From: Eledone cirrhosa
Lineage: Eukaryota
Assembly (NCBI GenBank): GCA_964016885.1
Contig: OZ024745.1
Location: 126,976,001 to 127,040,000, forward strand
DNA length: 64,000 nucleotides
Reading direction: 5' to 3'
Shown here: positions 1 through 13,250 of the stretch, in pieces
How positions within the stretch are numbered: the first letter of the stretch is position 1
How the letters are laid out: each line of letters begins with the position of its first letter
Position numbers and translations under genes: made by a program
Notes under the pieces: model-generated
Database searches by the model: none
The model's input: the letters and a program-made list of their open reading frames with translations, nothing else
Told to the model about the DNA's origin: nothing

Positions 1-80
1 AACTAATGTTTTTTATTATTAAGTTAATGTTTGGAACATAACTTAAGGAAGGTTCTGACATAAAATGGTTGATATATGCA

Positions 81-575
81 TGTAACGTAGCGCCCTCTTA
101 CGGCTGTGACTCAGCACGTATGGGAGTTGCGTCCCTTTACGACGGTCGTAACTCAGCACGAATAGGAGTTATGTCACTTTGGCGACAGGCGCGACCACCA
201 CAGGCAGATTCTAGGGGCTGCTAAGCTACCAGCCTCTCTAGCATCCCAAACTCCGAAGTGGCAACAACACCTGAGACCTTGTTATGAGATGACTCCTGTC
301 TCATTTCATTCGCCATCAAGAAGAAGAATTCCTGCCTCATTTCCTTCGCCACTCAAGAAGAATGTCACCGGCAGCCTAAGAAAATGCTTTCACCTCCAAG
401 AGAAGATTTCTGTTCTTCTCTACACACTCCAGCCTAGGAGTTGTGACCAACGGGTAACCATTTATTTATATTAATTCATTTGACTTCTGTGAAGTAAAAC
501 CTTGTAACAACACACACCGGCATTTATTGTCATTTCTGATAATACATATATGTACACCGATACTAATCTCCTAAA
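81..575 (+). mobile_element. Putative solo LTR (Gypsy-like), TGTAAC...CCTAAA
   Basis: GC-richer island that starts TGTAACG and has two short internal tandem duplications and an AGTAAA signal near 493. It ends CTAAA. Flanks TGCA/GGCA match a 4-bp TSD at 3 of 4 positions. Same architecture as 39488 and 48816. Confidence 0.5.
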
Positions 576-635
576 GGCATATCAACCTTGTATGTTTGTT
601 TTTTCTACCTAAGATGATATAATTAGCAATATTGT

Positions 636-1434
636 CTTAGTCTTAGACTTAGGTTCTTCCGTGTCGTTCGGCGCATCGAGCAGTAAGTAGTCGTCAATAG
701 TCACGATCAGCGGCGGCTTTTTCGCGTCCGTGCCAAGTGATGTTGGCTGCCAGCAGGTCCTTTCGGAACGTTCGTCGTCAGGTTATCCTGAGGAAACCCC
801 GCCTCCGTTTGCCGCTAGGTAGAGTCCAGTTCAACGCTGTTTTCGAGTGTCGTTCGTCGGGCAGGAGCAGAATATGGCCAGCCAGGCGGCACCGGCGCCC
901 CGTGACCATCCTCTATAGCATCCACGACTCAGCTCTCCACAAGATGTTTTCGTTTCGCGCCAGGACACACGAAGGATCATTCGCAGGCACCGCTGGTTGA
1001 AAGTGTTCAGCCGTCTCTCTATCTTTGCTGTGCTTTTCCAGTTTTCTCTCGCGTAAAGCACTGTCAGCTACACGATGCTGTTGTACAGGCGCAGCTTAAT
1101 CCTGGTGCAGATGCATGAAGACGACCAGATTGGGCGCATCCGCTGGAAAACTGTGGCTCCTTTGCCGAATTGACAGTTGATGTCGAGCTCCGCGTCGCCA
1201 TTGCTTGCTAGAATGCTGCCCAGATAGGTGAAGTGATTGAATTCCTCTGGGTCTTGTTGGTTGACTCTGATCGCTGGACTTGTGATGTTGGCTGTTTTCA
1301 TCACCTTGATCTTTTTGGTGTTGATTCTCGGGCCGATCTTTTCCACACTCTCTTGCAGGGATGTTGTTAGAACCTGCAGATCTGCACTGTCTTCAGCGAT
1401 CAAAGCGATGTCGTCTGCGAATGCCGGGTCCCTC
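636..1434 (-). mobile_element. 5'-truncated RTE-clade LINE (end of RT plus C-terminus), frameshifted
   Basis: ORF 1068-1439 has FADDIAL, FTYLGS and KLRLYNSIV. ORF 831-1061 has FNQRCLRMIL. (CTAAGA)-type 3' tail at 636-652. Perfect 11-bp TSD AGCAATATTGT at 625-635 and 1435-1445. Confidence 0.92.
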
Positions 1435-2232
1435 AGCAATATTGTGTAATGCTTTATATTTTATTGGAAGTCTTTCCTACAATCACCACATTTTAAAAAT
1501 ACATTGTATATCTAGTTTATAATAGACACACTGTATCCATGTATGCCTTAATAAGTGACTAAAAGGGTTGGTATCAGGAGGGGCATTCAGCTGTAAAACA
1601 TTGCCTGAAAAGGTTCCATCTAGCCCATGCCAGAATTGAAAAGTTCACGTAAAAAAGATGATGACGATTGTGATAAACACTTTAAAACAAACAGTCAATT
1701 TTTATTTGACTAACCAATTATACTACAATAGTATGGTTTTAACTGCTACAGTTTCCTTGCTGTTTGTCTATTGAAAGTTGGTTTGATTTCCTCTGATGAT
1801 ACTTTTTTCTTCTATTTATTCTACTTATGAAAATGTGTTCTCTTTACAAAATGTTTATCCGATCGTTTGTGACTATGTTATATATGGTGTACTACATTTA
1901 AGGTGCATTATGCCAGCTGTCTCCTCTTAATGTCGAGGTACAGCATTGTTCATTGTTATGGTGGTATATAAATTATACTCCAGTAATTTAATGCAAGATC
2001 TATAACCGAAAAAAGATCGATATTAGACGTAATTTCTACCCCCTAGTGTTGGATATGTTATGGTTGACTATATTTTGCATTGTTTTTAATGTTAAGTGTC
2101 GTTATTTAATGGTTTCGGTGATTGAACAGGTTTTTTTTACGATTATTTGGATGGTGTTTTCACAATACGCTATGCTTGATTTTTTTCTTTAAATACTTTA
2201 ATAGCAAAAGTCATTTTGATATTTATAGTATA

Positions 2233-3163
2233 CTAGCCGTAAAGCCCGGCGTTGCTCGGGGTCGCTCAGTAGCTGTGTTAAAGTTACAATGTTAAGTTTC
2301 TTTCTTGGCTTAAAAACTGTAGTGTCTACTGTGCAGACTTGCATGTGGTGTTTTTGATTAATATTCCCTCAACCAACAATATGCCTTATGAAGTTAAGAA
2401 AACATAACGATAACCCGAATGTTATAACAAAAGAGGATGCTGGGGATAGAAACTGCACTGGTTATTTATTAACAAAGATCGAAAATGTAAACACTGCAAC
2501 GCAGAGAAAAACATTAGCGTAACCAAATTATCAGTTATGTCTGTCTGCACGCCTATATCACCTCTCTGCACGACTGTCTGTCTGCACGCCTATATCACCT
2601 CTCTGCACGACTATCTGTCTGCACGCCTATATCACCTCTCTGCACGGCTATCTGTCTGCACGCGTATATCACCTCTCTGCACGACTATCTGTCTGCACGC
2701 CTAACGACGAAATATTTGCTTGTTTTACGTAGTCTTTAAATAGACTTGTTTTCAAGTAAAAATATTGTTTTAAAATGCTTTTAAATGGAAATGAAGCAAA
2801 ACGGAAACTTAGTGTTCGAACTGATGAATTTTGCAGGTCAATATTTTGCTGGCTCGACAACTGTTCGTGTATTGTGTTAATGTCATTTTAAACGCTGAGA
2901 AAGCCAGCGTAATTTTTTACGTAAGACGTTCAATGTAAACAGAACAAAGGGAAATAACTGATAACTTACGCTCAAAAATCGATACATTATATTCGATTTC
3001 GTCACATAGGGTGGGTCAATTTGAAATATTTTTTTCCGATGTCTTCGCTAGGGCTCAATGTACAAGTATAGCAATTTCGGTGCAATTCCGTGAGAGATTC
3101 TAAGAGGAGATGTGTGCCAAAAATCGATAGACAGACAGACAACTACAGTTTTATATATATAGA
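2233..3163 (-). mobile_element. Non-autonomous Helitron
   Basis: Minus strand starts A|TCTATATATATAAAA followed by (GTCT)n. It ends with hairpin CCCGAGCAACGCCGGG and then CTAG|T. No TSD. Confidence 0.85.
2538..2702. repeat. 37-bp minisatellite (~4.4 copies) inside the Helitron
   Basis: Unit GTCTGTCTGCACGCCTATATCACCTCTCTGCACGACT is repeated directly. Confidence 0.95.
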
Positions 3164-3164
3164 T

Positions 3165-3706
3165 TGTTTGAAACTGCAGGATTGGAAAGTCGACCGCAGT
3201 GTTTCAACGGATCCACTCAGTTTGGTAAAACACAACCATCAGCATGTACACCAGCATTGTGCTTCCCACAGCCATATACGTCTACGAAACGTGGACGCGC
3301 GCGGCAAAGAAGGATAGGCGCCTAAATACTTCCCATCAAAGGTGCCTGCTTAAGATTCTAAACATCACCCGACGAGATCGGGTTAGGAACGAAGAGATAT
3401 TGCGGAGAGCAGGGTCGCGTATACTACAGGAGATCGTCACGGAACATCGGTTCCGTTTTGCGGGTCACATTCTGCGCTTTCCAAAATACTGTCTGTCCAA
3501 AACGGTGACGATGTGGACTTCCCCTGATGGCAAGCTGAAAAAAAGGCCAATTGGAGATGACCTAGCAGTGGACATTCCAAGGCAACCAACAAACCGTCAA
3601 CATCACCTGGCATGGATGTCAACGAGCAGCCACCGACGGACAGCGTTTGAGATGATTGGTTGGCTTATGTTTCCAACAAAACAAGCTGGACTAAGATCTA
3701 AGAAAG
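3165..3706 (+). mobile_element. RTE-clade LINE 3' fragment
   Basis: ORF 3244-3759 has YTSIVLPTAIY-ETW, HQRCLLKIL, RVRNEEIL and RFAGHILR. GGACTAAGATCTAAG tail resembles the copy at 636. Confidence 0.88.
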
Positions 3707-4809
3707 TTTGTAATTGCTTGGTTTGTATCTGGTATGAATGCATTGTTTATAAATTTTAAATTCATAGAAAATTATATCTATCAACTTGTTGTGTGGTTTA
3801 GAGCAATAGTGGACACTATTAAGTGTTATTTTTGCAGATAAAATCTTAAAACAACACACGTCTTATGTATAAGAACACCTAAGTGATTCCAGTAACGTCT
3901 CCGAACGCCATTTCAGGGGAAGTAATTACTAAATCTTTCATAGTTATTTCCCTTGCATTAACAACATTTTCTGTTTAATCAGTAATTATTTATTACATTG
4001 CTTTTCATCCTTACAGGGTCGATAAAATAAAGTATCAGTAATGCACTGGGCTCGATTTAATCGACTTTCCCCCTTCTTCAAAATTGTTGGCCTTGTGTCT
4101 AAATCAGAAACCAATGATTTATTACATAAGCAGGCTGCTTTCCAATTGTTTTGTCGTTGAAGCTGTAGTGAAGTAAATGTTCTTGGTTCCCATACCACAT
4201 CCCAACAGGCTGCTATCGGTGCAGAGTTAGCCATCAACTAGGCTGAATAGATATTTCAATGCATCTTCTTCACTGTCCACGTAATACTCTCAGCGCCCTC
4301 CTCCCTATTTCCAAAGACCTGCCTACACGTAAATTGTAAATAATATATAATAAATAAAATCATTAATTTATATATAATAAATAATATAATATATACTATG
4401 TATAAATAAATAAATATGTATTTTTTATTTTACTACATTTGTACATATCTATCATTTGATATTTAATATACTGTTATATCATCTGTAACGCCCCACCCCT
4501 CCAGGGCTGTAGCGCCCACTTTCAGAACCTTTGTTTTATATGTTGGAGATTGATTCCAAAACTGCAAGCTAACAAAATATATATAAATAATACAGCATCC
4601 CATTACAACAGTGTTTAGCTGTGCATCCTCATTGCACTTATTTGTAGTGCGATATTCTGAGCCATCAAAAAGTTAGACATTCTTCCAACAGCGTAAGGAG
4701 CAGCAGAAATAGAGTTCAAAGTTCAAATCACTGGCCATAAATGAGTAATCAACTCTGTACTCTTAGAGAATTTATATATTCCTCTCTTTTTTTTTTTTAG
4801 AGTTTGATA

Positions 4810-5285
4810 CATGTTTGGCCAAATGGTTCAGGCGTTTGACTCACAGAGATATGGGTTCAATTCCTGGATCAGGAATAGTGTTGTGTTCTGCTCTCCCATT
4901 GATATGCATATATATGTAAAGGACCCAGTGCACCCTGTAAAGTTTTTGGTATTGGTGACACAAAAAAAGCACCCAGTTCATTCTGTAAGGTGTTCATGTT
5001 GGTGACACTACAAAAAGCACTCGGTCCACCCTGTAAAGTGGTCGTGTTGGTGACACAATGAAAAAATACCCAGCCTAATCTGTCAGTTGGTCATTTTGGT
5101 ACCATGATAAAAAGCACCTAGTCCACACTGTAAATGTGGTTGGTGTTAGGAAGAACATCCAGCCATAGAAAGCAAGCCAGAAACAGTTCTGTATGAGCAA
5201 GACATGGTCATCTGATCTGATTTGTCTCACAATGGGGCAACTCATCTAACCCATGCTAGTGTGGAGAAATGGTGATGATGATGAT
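4810..5285 (+). mobile_element. SINE family B, diverged copy
   Basis: tRNA-like head with GGGTTCAATTCC, several ~48-bp AAAGCACCCAG units, GGTTGGTGTTAGGAAG segment and (ATG)n tail. Confidence 0.7.
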
Positions 5286-5494
5286 AATACACAAGCAAAA
5301 TATCTAACATCATGCAAAAAAAAAAAAGAAAAGAAACTGCTGTAATCAACATATAAAAAGTGGAAAATATTATTCATTTTCCTGGGTACAAATTTTTAAT
5401 TTTTATTAACATTGATGTTACATGGGTTGTTTTTAATCTGAAGTACTGTCATCTCAGTCAAAGGAGAAAAGCTGTAAGATTCCTCAGTAATAAT

Positions 5495-5677
5495 TGTTTC
5501 TACTTTTGGCACAAGGCCAGCAATTATCCCAGTGCATTACTGGTACTTTATTTTATCGACCCTGTAAGGATGAAAGGCAAAGTTAACTTCGGCGGGATTT
5601 GAACTCAGAATGGCAAGGGCCGTAACTCTATGCGTCAAAGCATGGCGTCCGACCCTCTACCGATACTGCCAATCCAC
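5495..5677 (-). mobile_element. SINE family A (tRNA head plus Nin/Deu-like central domain)
   Basis: A-box TGGCAGTATCGG, B-box GAGTTCAAATCC and core TTTGCCTTTCATCCTTACAGGGTCGATAAAATAAAGTACCAGT. TSD CAGTAATAAT at 5485-5494 and 5678-5687. Other copies near 4017, 6125, 7465, 9850, 14304, 22496, 24004, 27083, 38274, 38920, 44367, 44616, 46265, 54678, 54915 and 55128. Confidence 0.9.
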
Positions 5678-5879
5678 CAGTAATAATATTTAGTTTCAGC
5701 TGAGAGATAAATAAAAAGTACATCAGTGAGCATCATGGAATGAGGAATCTGTTGTATATGGAAAATTATTAATACAATAATGAAGAGGTAATTCTAGGGG
5801 AAAAAAAATATATTGCATAAAAAATACCTTTGGTGAAGTTGATAACGATGATGATGATGATGATAACAATGAGTGCGAT

Positions 5880-6126
5880 AAACTACCTGCATCAGTTGTT
5901 AGCTACCGAGACACTGCATCCTTTAAAACCATGCTTCCTGAAATTCGCCAACACTACACCTGATATCCCCCCTCCATACACACGCACACATGTATATCAT
6001 GACTCATACACTATTCATTTTCCTGACATTTGTACATTATTCTATGTATTATACATGCACCTTTGATGAGTTGTAGTGCACCTGAGCACTGTATACAATA
6101 ATTTCATTATTATTATTATTATTATT
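5880..6126 (+). mobile_element. CR1-like LINE 3' end
   Basis: Encodes KLPASVVS..DTASFK, followed by a 3' UTR and (ATT)n tail. Nearly identical to 42830-43203. Confidence 0.75.
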
Positions 6127-6565
6127 GTTTCTGCTTTTGGCACAAGGCCAGCAATTATCCCAGTGCATTACTGGTACTTTATTTTATCGACCCAGTAAGG
6201 ATGAAAGGTAAAGTTAACCACGGCGGGATTTGAACTCAGAGCGTAAAAGGCCGTGACTATGCTGCAAATCATGGTGTCCGACTCTCTACCGATACAGCCA
6301 ATACACCACCCTTATTATTATTATAACATTGCCTTACTCTGGTCAGCAACAGAAGATAGATTTTTCTTCAATCACATAAGATCTATAATTTATGTCATGT
6401 AGGCAGATGTTTGTGATGGAGTGAATGGACAACAGGAGAATCTTCAGAGGAAGAATTCTCATCAAGCAAGTGTTTTAGCACTTCATTCCTCTTTACACTC
6501 TAAGGGAGCTGGGGACCCACCTAGTTCATGACTGCTACGTGTCCTCCTGCTGTTTATATATTTAT

Positions 6566-6778
6566 TTAACCCTTTAACATTTAAACCAGCTGTATCTGGC
6601 CAGAATTCTCTCACCTCTTTCTATTCAAACCAGCTGTAACTGGCTACTCATACTGATGTTAAAGTATTGTTCTCAAAATAAGTATCAAAATCTTATTGAT
6701 TTGATATTATGTGAGATGAAGCCTTTACCATGAAAATATAATAGTATATATAGAGTAATGTAAATGCTAAAAGGTTAA
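6566..6778 (+). mobile_element. TTAA-flanked piggyBac-like MITE (~220-bp family)
   Basis: Family termini are TTAA|CCCTTTAGCATTTA...TAAATGCTAAAGGG|TTAA, slightly degenerate in this copy. Other copies: 8376-8569, 8907-9133, 10975-11117(-), ~18905-19110, ~21704-21797, 23648-23875, 24785-25060(-), 25170-25381(-), ~43395-43605, 44043-44247 and 45187-45415. Confidence 0.88.
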
Positions 6779-7094
6779 ATAACGATCAATGTTCACAACT
6801 TGATGTATCTTAACTTAGTTCCAGTTGTCATTCCTTTTTGACCATAGCTACATTGAGCTTTTCTCAGCTGTCTCTGACAGACGTTTGATCACTGCTGTTA
6901 TTTTCTGACTTTTGATTCAAAGCTGACCTAGTAGTAGGTACATGAAAGCTGTGACAAATATATGAGAGTTGTTCTGCTCAAAGCAAGCAATGACGAGAGG
7001 AAGTTAAAGTCAACTTTACACACATGACATTTCCAACAAAGTTATCAAATACAAACAGAGGCAGTAGACATCAAAATCAATTGTGAGTGGACTG

Positions 7095-7450
7095 GAAACA
7101 GATAAATGTGGAGATTCCTACAGCTTCACTACGGCTGGATGCCCTTCCTAATGTCAACCACTTTACAGTGTGTGCTGGGTGCTTTTTGCCATGACACCTA
7201 CACGACCACGGTACAATGTGGACTGGGTGCTTTTTGTTGTGACACCTACACGACCACATTTACAGTGTGTACTAGATGCTTTTTGCCGTGACACCTACAC
7301 AACCACTTTACACTGTGGGCTGGGTGCTTTTTGTTGTGACACCAATACACCACTTTACACTGTGGGCTGTGTCAATTTTTGTTGCGACACCAATACACCA
7401 CTTTATAGTGTGGACTGGGTCCTTTTTTGTTGTTACACCTCCAATGACAA
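7095..7450 (-). mobile_element. SINE family B fragment with ~6 internal ~48-bp repeats
   Basis: Repeated CCACTTTACAGTGTGGACTGGGTGCTTTTTG units next to GGCTGGATGCCCTTCCTAA. Confidence 0.75.
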
Positions 7451-7710
7451 AGTTAATTAAATCAACCCCAGTACCTTTGAAGGATGAAAGGCAAAATTGA
7501 ACTCAGCAGGATTGAAACTCAGAATGAGAAAAACCAGAACAAGTACTGCAATGGTATTTTATCCAATGCTCTACCAATTCCACCCTAAGTAGGTTTAATC
7601 TTAAAAGTTGGTGAACTTTAACCATCACTAGAATAACTGAACCTATGTACGGTTGACTGCCTGAAGAATGGCATGTTTGACCATATATTTCTGGAGTCCT
7701 AAGAGATATA

Positions 7711-7904
7711 TGAGGGTTGGCTGAAAATTTCATAGGCTATGACGGAGTGATGCTAGAGCTTTGAAATCTGACATGCATTAATTTCAAGTCTTCTTATTAA
7801 TAACTCCATCATTTCTTTCTAGGGACTATGTTAAAAAATAAACTTCATTTGGTCATTCCATGAGAGTATCTTGGTCAGCCTATGAACCTTTCAGCTGACC
7901 CATG
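7711..7904. mobile_element. Tc1/mariner-type MITE
   Basis: ~28-bp imperfect TIRs TGAGGGTTGGCTGAAAATTTCATAGGCT and AGCCTATGAACCTTTCAGCTGACCCATG, with TA on both sides. Confidence 0.75.
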
Positions 7905-10358
7905 TAATTTGAAAAATAGAAATGATGATTTCAAATGATTGAAGTAGTTCTAGTCCAGTAGAAGTCATTTTTCTATTAAATAAATCATATACTGCCTCTA
8001 CTAACTGTATTGAATACTTTATTTAACTGTGGTCCCTTTCTATTCCTCTTTGGAAAACGATTTTTAATTGATATATATATATTATATTACTAGTTATCTT
8101 CCAGGTGTTACAAAGCCAGTTATAGAAACTTGTTCTCTTAGATTACCATTTGAGAAAAGTATACATCAAAAGATACTTAATCAATATTTATTATCAATTC
8201 TATATTTTTCATGCTGGCACAGTTAGAATAGATCTGTAATATAGTATTATTTAATTCATCTTAAACCTCAACATGTGTCTCATATAATAATCTTTCATAC
8301 AGAGAAAAGGTTATCTTTTGTTCCTAACAAAAGATTTTTTGGTTAAATATCATACAAACGATTCAAAGACATGCCTTAACCCTTTAGCATTTAAACCGGC
8401 CATATCCGGCTAGAATTCTCTCACATTTTTCTGTTCACATTGGCCATAACTGGTTGCTCATACTGATGTTAAGGTATTGTTCTCAAAAAAAATAATATCA
8501 AAATCTTGTAGAGTTGATATTATGTGAGATAATAGTAAATATAGAATAATGTAAATGCTAAAGGGTTAATGTATGAGAGAGGGGGGGGGGGGGGGGGAGA
8601 AAGGTCATTTAAAAAAAATATAAAACATTAACAAAAATAATTTGTAATGAAATCAGATATCCATGAAAATCAATATCATTTATAGGTTTAATCAATTAAG
8701 TTGAAATCCAGTGCAGTGAGCAGTGAATATCAGCTGAGTCCTAACCAAGAGTTGATAAAATACTTTATTCAGGTTAGCTAAATGAAAACTGAGCAGAATA
8801 TTAAACTGGATACTACTTCAAAAACCCTAGAAACATTGTAATATCAATTTGTTTTCAAAGTAAACTTTCAGCAGCCAGTTTAGATCACTGACAGCAGTCA
8901 GCAGGTTTAACCCTTTGGCATTTAAACCGGCCATACCCAGCCAGAATTCTCTCACCTTTTTGTTCGAACCCGCCATAACTGGATGCTCATACTTATGTTA
9001 AGGTATTATTCTCAAAATAAATAATGTCAAAATCTCATAGAATTGATATTATGTGAGATACTTATGTAAGGTAAAGCCTTTACCGTGAAAATACAATAGT
9101 AAATAGAGAGTAATGTAAATGTTAAAGGGTTAAGTTATCAGAGAAAGTTTTTATATTTGGGAATTATTAATTTTTTTCTTTTTCATGGAGTGTGTGTGGT
9201 GGTGGGGGGATAGAAGCTAGGGGACTCATAATTACAATGGAGAAAGAAAATGTATGTTGTATGCAGTATTCTTCACTGTAGGAATAAATTTAAACCCATA
9301 TTTCTTCATGTTCTCAAAAAAAAAAAATCATTGAACTCTAGTCTTGATTTAATTGTAGCCATTTGTTGACCTTCACCATGACAACTGATGCAACTGCACA
9401 TTCTCTAGCAGATATTTCATCCTACTTAGTCTGCAGTTGCCATAGATTGATGCAGCAAACAGACAAGATATATCTACCCCCATGGATGTGTATATATATA
9501 TATATATACTCAGTGTAAATGAGGTTGGTGCTAGGAAGGGTATTCAGCTGTAGAGACCGAGCTGAAATCAGTTCTGTATGAGCAAGACATGGTCACATGA
9601 GCTGGCATTGCTCACAATAAGATAACTTGTCTAACTCATGCAAGCCTGGAAACATGGTGATGATGATGATGATATATATATCTTGACCATGTTTTCAGAC
9701 TGGCATGAGTCAGACCAGTATGGTTCCGTAACTCTTGATAGAGTCGTAGGGTTGTGTATTGACATACACCATTTCTTGGGCATTTTAAGCTTGGCAGAGC
9801 CCATCCCTCTCCAGGCCTGAGTACAGCAGGTTTCTTCCAGAGAGGAAGAATCAACCCCAGTACTAGACTGGTACTTTTTTTATCGACCTCAAAAGGATGA
9901 AAAGCAAAGTTGACCTCGGCGGAATTTGACCTCAGAGAGCAGAGAGCCAAAACGAATTCCATAAAGTATTCTATCTGACGTTCTAATGACTGCCAATTTG
10001 TCAACTATATCATCATCATCATCGCCGTTTAACGACCCCCCTTCCACGCTAACATGGATTATATATTTATATATATAAAGATAAGTTCAGTTAAAAGAAT
10101 TGAGAACAGTAATAAAACCAACAACCTTAACAGTGTGTACATGAATAGATTGCATAATGTTAATACCCTTAGTTTAAATCCAGTCTGTTGCTATGAAGAT
10201 ATTGAGGAATAAAACACTAGTCAACAAAGATCGAAACATAACATACATATAAATATTATTTTTCCTCTCTAAGGTTAATGGTCAGAAAAATTGTAATTTT
10301 AAAAACAACTACTCACTTCATCATTTACACAATGTAATTAAAATAATTTTTTAAAAAG

Positions 10359-10690
10359 TGGCTTAGTGGTTAGAGCATTGGCCTTGCAATCGAAAGGTTG
10401 TGAGTTCAATTCTCAAACCGGGTGATGTATTGTTTCCTTGAGCAAGACACTTTATTTCACATTGCTCCAGTTTACTCAGCTGTAGAAATGAGATGATAGG
10501 GACTGAGGTCCCTATCATTCCACTGCAAAGTGGTCGTGGAGGTGTCACGGCAAAAACCACCCAGCACTCACTGTAAATGAGGTTGGTGTTAGGAAGGGCA
10601 TCCAGCTGTAGAAATCAAGCCAGTATCAGTTCCCGTCCCACCCTTGCAAGCAGGGAAAAGTGGACGTAAAATGATGATGATGATGATGAT
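10359..10690 (+). mobile_element. SINE family B, near full length (tRNA head, CORE-like box, RTE-like (ATG)n tail)
   Basis: A-box TGGCTTAGTGG, B-box GAGTTCAATTC, CORE-like CCTTGAGCAAGACACTT and tail GGACGTAAAATGATGATG. Close copies at 38460-38805(-) and 40978-41303(+). Partial copies near 9510, 22890, 23320, 25561, 35636, 39282, 40735 and 47240. Confidence 0.88.
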
Positions 10691-11469
10691 TGAGCAATTA
10701 CTAACCCATACTCTTATAAAACTGAAAATTGGACTAAGTACAACTCTCATATTTGAAATATCAAAAATATTAACTATGACAACCTTCACAACTTGTTCCA
10801 TCCCTCAAACATAGATAGACTGCTTTATGTTTAGCACCAGGAAAAGGTTTTAACCTCAATAAATAACAATTCAAAAGAGCTGTATGCAAATTTCTCAAGT
10901 TCACCTCTAACAGATGGTGTTTGCAGAAGACAAAGAAAATTAGAAAACTGGATACATTATTTTCTAAACTCATTTTAACCCTTTAGCATTTACATTACTC
11001 TATATATGTTATTTATGTTGAGAACATATATATGAGTGGCCAGTTACAGCCGGTTTGAATAGAAAGAGGTCAGAGAATTCTGGCCGGATGTGGCAGGTTT
11101 AAATGCTAAAGGGTTAAGCAAGTCACCAAGTAACTCCAAGTTTCTGCTCATTTATAATAGATACTAAACATCATCCTTGTCATATCATCATTTGTTAAAC
11201 ATCTATTATGCCATATTTACAGTCATCTTCTTTCCAATATATGTATGTATGTGTGTATGTACCAGCATCATCATCATTCTTATGACCATTTTTTTCTGAG
11301 ATCTTTTCTGGCAGGTTTTCTACAGCCAAACACTCTTCATGACACCAACCTATACCTTACTCTAAGTACAGTATAGTGTGTGTGTGTGTGTATGTATTCA
11401 GAAAATAAGAAACAGCAGAAAATGCTAATAGAATTTTATCATGGAAAAACAGAAAAACATTTTTTAAAG

Positions 11470-12175
11470 GGTAGGACCAGTTTCTAGCATGAGGAAGTTG
11501 AAAGGCAGATTAATGGATAAGGGGAACTTTATATGCAGCAGATGTAATGGGAAAATAAGCATTAATTCCCTCAATTGTCCAGGTGGCTCCCTAGAAATTG
11601 TGGATAGCTTTTACTACCTAGAAGACCTTATCAACAGTAGAGATGAATGCATAGAAAGTGTAGCAGCTAGAGTTAGAACAGACTGGAAGAAGTTTACTAC
11701 TTCTACTGACAACAAAGAGCTTCTCTCTCAGAATGGAAGGTAGACTGTATGACATCTGTGTGGAAACTACAATGCTACATGGGAGTGAGACATGGGCCTT
11801 GGCTGTAGAAGATCTGTGAAGCCTATAAAGAATTGAAGCAAGTATGCTCCGGTGGATATGTAACGTGTGCATAAATGAGCTGAGAGAATAAATTAGGCAT
11901 AAGAAGTATTAGATATAGTATCATCATCATCATTGTTTAACGTCCATCTTCCACGCTAGCATGGGTCTGGTATAGTATGTAAAAAAGAATTCTACATTGG
12001 TATGGACATATGATGTATATGGAAGATGACAAGTGTATAAAGACATCTAAGTGGATGGGACCTGTGGAAGAGGTAGATCAGGAAAACATGGAATAATGTA
12101 GTGAAGACCGATGCTAGGAAGCTGAACCTCACAACATAAATGACAAGGGCCTTAAAAATTGACAACATGCAATAC
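11470..12175 (+). mobile_element. Degenerate RTE LINE fragment (RT end preceded by a CxxC motif)
   Basis: FICSRC followed by LEIVDSFYYL, RLYDICVETTMLHGSETW and WYGHM, with multiple frameshifts. Confidence 0.85.
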
Positions 12176-12596
12176 TGGCTTACATCACCTTGTTACATCC
12201 CACCATACCAGTCACTGCTCCTTAGTAAATATTCCCCTCATTACTATACCCTCCCCCACAAACACTCTACTTTCTCACACCAGCCTGTCAAATCCCACTA
12301 CACCTATCATACACATGACATCATACTTGTTACCCCCCCCCCCCCCTACTTCAATCATTTGAAATCATCATTTTCTGATGATTTAAAATGAATGAAACAG
12401 TTCTAGTTCTGTAGAAGTCAATTCTGTATGAAATATGATTGAAGTAGTTCTAGTCCAGTAGAAGTCATTTTTCTATTAAATAAATCATATACTGCCTCTA
12501 CTAACTGTATTGAATACTTTATTTAACTGTGGTCCCTTTCTATTCCTGTTTGGAAAACGATTTTTAATTGATATATATATATATTATATTATATTA

Positions 12597-12848
12597 CTAG
12601 CAAAAGAGCCCGTCATTGCCAGGCACACCTTTCACCACTGTAAATAAAGACCTTCTCTCTCCCCAACATGGTGGTCTTTAAATAGCCCCAGAAGTCTGCT
12701 ATTTTATGAGAGAGCAAGATTTAAACTATATGTTAACATGTTCCGGGAGCTAAATAACCCATGTATCAAATTTGAATGAAATCGGATGGAAACTGTAGAA
12801 ATGCATTTACTACATACAGACAGACATTTTCGTTTTTATATATATAGA
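12597..12848 (-). mobile_element. Short non-autonomous Helitron
   Basis: Starts A|TCTATATATATAAAAA with GTCTGTCTG. Ends in an imperfect GC hairpin and CTAG|T. Confidence 0.78.
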
Positions 12849-13250
12849 TATATAAAGACAGCAAATTAGTCCTTACAATGTCAGATTAAATGCCATACAG
12901 TATCTGTTTCCACTCTTTGGGTTCCAAGTTCAAAACCCACTGAGGTAAACTTTACCTTTTATCCTTTGTTGGTTAATGAATTACCATACTTGAACAGAGG
13001 ATGGACGGAATTGTTAAAACACGGACAAGATACCTTGAGATATCTATTCTGGTCGTGTGTGTTATGAGTTCAAACTCTGCCTCCAGTCACTGGTTAAATG
13101 GTGACATAATAGAAGACCTCTATCATTAAAATACCCAAGAAACCTCCTATGAGATGAAGCCTCATAGGATGCCAACTAAACTTAAACAGATTTAAGTTAT
13201 TACAGCAACAATATATACACATATATGTTTAGTGAAATAATATATCTATC

